From positions 1,071 through 65,070 of the forward strand of contig JALWKV010000002.1 of assembly GCA_027081275.1 (NCBI GenBank): a stretch of DNA of 64,000 nucleotides, given 5' to 3'. Positions 62,448 through 64,000 of this stretch are shown here, one piece after another. Within the stretch, counting starts at the first letter, position 1, and each line of letters begins with the position of its first letter. The notes under the pieces were generated by a model. That model did not search any database. It was not told the DNA's origin and worked only from the letters and a program-made list of their open reading frames with translations. The position numbers were made by a program, and so were the translations under genes. The DNA comes from Gammaproteobacteria bacterium (lineage in GTDB: Bacteria; Pseudomonadota; Gammaproteobacteria; UWMA-0217).

Positions 62448-64000
62448 ATGGGTATAGAGCAACAAGGCACCCTGAACTCGAAAGAGCAGATCGATACGAC
62501 CGCCGAGAATGGCGGTGGCGCCCCTCTCACCGCGATCAACGACTGGATCGATGTTGCCTCCAATTCCGAGAACACGATCATCAATGTGCTGGCCAACGAC
62601 CTGCATGCCGGCGGAAACATTTCCATTGTCCGTTTCGAGCAGCCTGCCAACGGCGTCGTCGTCGACAATGGCAATGGCACTTTCAGCTATACCCCCAATC
62701 CCGGTTACGCCGGCAAGGATACCTTTACCTACGTTGTTGCCGACGACTACGGGAATGAATCTTCCGCGCTGGTGGAAATCTACGTGATCGGCAGCGGCAG
62801 CCAGCCGTCCGATGAGCAGAACGAGCAGCCGGAAAACGCCTTGCCGGATGCCAAGTGGGACGACGCCGTGACCGACGAAAACCAGCCTGTCACCATCGAC
62901 GTGCTGGCGAACGACAAGGATCCGGACGGCGATCCGATTTCCATTACCGGTTATACCCAGCCGCAAAATGGCAAGGTGGTGCAGAATGCCGATGGCTCCT
63001 TTACCTATATTCCCAACCCCGGCTTTCACGGCACCGATGTATTCGAATACTCCGTCACCGACGGCGTCAACTCCTGGGGGGATACCGCTCGGGTGACGAT
63101 CGAGGTCCGCGAAATCGGTCAGGCGCCGGTTGCGCGGGACGACAGCAGCGTTACCGATGAAAACGTTCCGGTGGTCATCGATGTGCTGGCCAACGATTCC
63201 GACCCCGATGGTGATCCGCTGACGGTCTCATCCGCAACGGCCGCGCATGGTTCGGTGCAGATCAATGCCGACGGGAAGCTGGTCTATACGCCGGATGACG
63301 GCTTTTCCGGTCAGGACAGCATCGTCTATGAAATTGTCGATCCCGATGGCAATACCGCGAACGCCACGGTTACCGTGACCGTGCGGGAAGGCAATGAAAC
63401 GCCGGTCGCGATTGGCGACAACGCCGAAGTCGAGCAGGATCAGGTGGTCGTCATCGATGCGCTGGCCAACGACAGTGATGCCGACGGCGATACGCTGTCG
63501 ATCGTCGATTATTCCCAGCCCCAACATGGCATGGTGGTGCAGGATGCTTCCGGCAATTTCGTCTATCGTCCGGAGGCTGGGTTCAGCGGCAGTGACTCGT
63601 TTACCTATGTCGTCAGCGACGGCCAGGGGGGCACGGATACCGCTACCGTGTCGATCAACGTGCTGCCTGTCGTTCCGCCCGAACCGGAAAACAACAGGCC
63701 TGATGCCGATACCGATGTCGCGTTCATCGATCAGGGGCAGCCGAGCATTATCGATGTGCTGGCCAATGACAGCGACCCGGATGGCGACAGTCTGACAGTC
63801 AGCCAGTTTTCCAGGCCGGCGCACGGCAGCGTCGAGCTGAATGACGACGGCACCTTCAGCTACCAGCCCGATGCCAATTTCTCCGGTGTCGATTTCTTTG
63901 AATACACCGTCGATGACGGCAACGGCGGTACCGATACGGCGCGCGTCTACATCTGCGTTCACGAAACCAACCGTGGGCCGGATGCCGATGATGACATGGC
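62448..64000 (+). CDS. large repetitive adhesin-like protein with tandem ~100-aa VCBS / cadherin-like repeats (5' part only; it continues past the window end)
   Basis: There are at least five tandem repeats, each with ...PVA.DD..VTDENQPV.IDVLANDSDPDGDPLTV.......HGSV...DG.F.Y.P..GFSG.DSF.Y.V.DG.GGTDTA.V.I.V... An RBS-like GGAGAAGAAGAA sits upstream and the GC3 codon bias is strong. The gene is absent from the ORF track because no stop codon is reached. Confidence 0.75.
   Translation, partial: MGIEQQGTLNSKEQIDTTAENGGGAPLTAINDWIDVASNSENTIINVLANDLHAGGNISIVRFEQPANGVVVDNGNGTFSYTPNPGYAGKDTFTYVVADDYGNESSALVEIYVIGSGSQPSDEQNEQPENALPDAKWDDAVTDENQPVTIDVLANDKDPDGDPISITGYTQPQNGKVVQNADGSFTYIPNPGFHGTDVFEYSVTDGVNSWGDTARVTIEVREIGQAPVARDDSSVTDENVPVVIDVLANDSDPDGDPLTVSSATAAHGSVQINADGKLVYTPDDGFSGQDSIVYEIVDPDGNTANATVTVTVREGNETPVAIGDNAEVEQDQVVVIDALANDSDADGDTLSIVDYSQPQHGMVVQDASGNFVYRPEAGFSGSDSFTYVVSDGQGGTDTATVSINVLPVVPPEPENNRPDADTDVAFIDQGQPSIIDVLANDSDPDGDSLTVSQFSRPAHGSVELNDDGTFSYQPDANFSGVDFFEYTVDDGNGGTDTARVYICVHETNRGPDADDDM

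Noticed and set aside
62394-63962. Minus-strand ORFs of 211 and 244 aa
   Set aside because: They are antisense to the forward-strand repeat adhesin frame. That frame has clear domain periodicity and codon bias.

Overview
This is a GC-rich (~65%) gammaproteobacterial chromosomal segment with Pseudomonas-like synteny (algC-dut-coaBC | radC; rplU-rpmA-obg-proB | rpsT; aroB-aroK-pilQPONM | ponA; icd | clpS-clpA | infA; fabD-fabG-acpP-fabF-pabC-mltG-tmk-holB-pilZ). Most of the window is housekeeping: ribosomal proteins, fatty-acid synthesis, a complete cbb3 oxidase plus maturation cluster ccoNOQP-GHIS, type IV pilus pilMNOPQ, bioH-bioC, hemE, tsaD, plsY, mnmA. No rRNA, tRNA or CRISPR was recognised. 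Three things stand out. (1) At 5.4-11.3 kb there is a functional-amyloid (Fap) locus, fapB-fapC-fapD-fapE-fapF on the minus strand, with no fapA. Its FapC has a ~450-residue central linker of ~40 imperfect 11-residue GxYxGxxxGxx repeats. The operon is preceded by a textbook sigma-54 promoter and two palindromic upstream sites, and a sigma-54 enhancer-binding protein gene follows it. A secreted Gly/Tyr-rich low-complexity protein is encoded 2 kb away, right after radC. (2) There are at least three families of MITE-like intergenic repeats with terminal inverted repeats. Two inverted copies bracket rpmA, two copies abut stop codons, and one copy appears to have rewritten the C-terminus of coaBC. 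(3) A radical-SAM/Cys-rich protein, a GT2 glycosyltransferase and a DUF2064 protein form an operon of unknown function behind a perfect 19-bp palindrome. The window ends inside a giant VCBS/cadherin-like repeat adhesin gene. Long antisense ORFs are common in the track and are artefacts of the high GC content.
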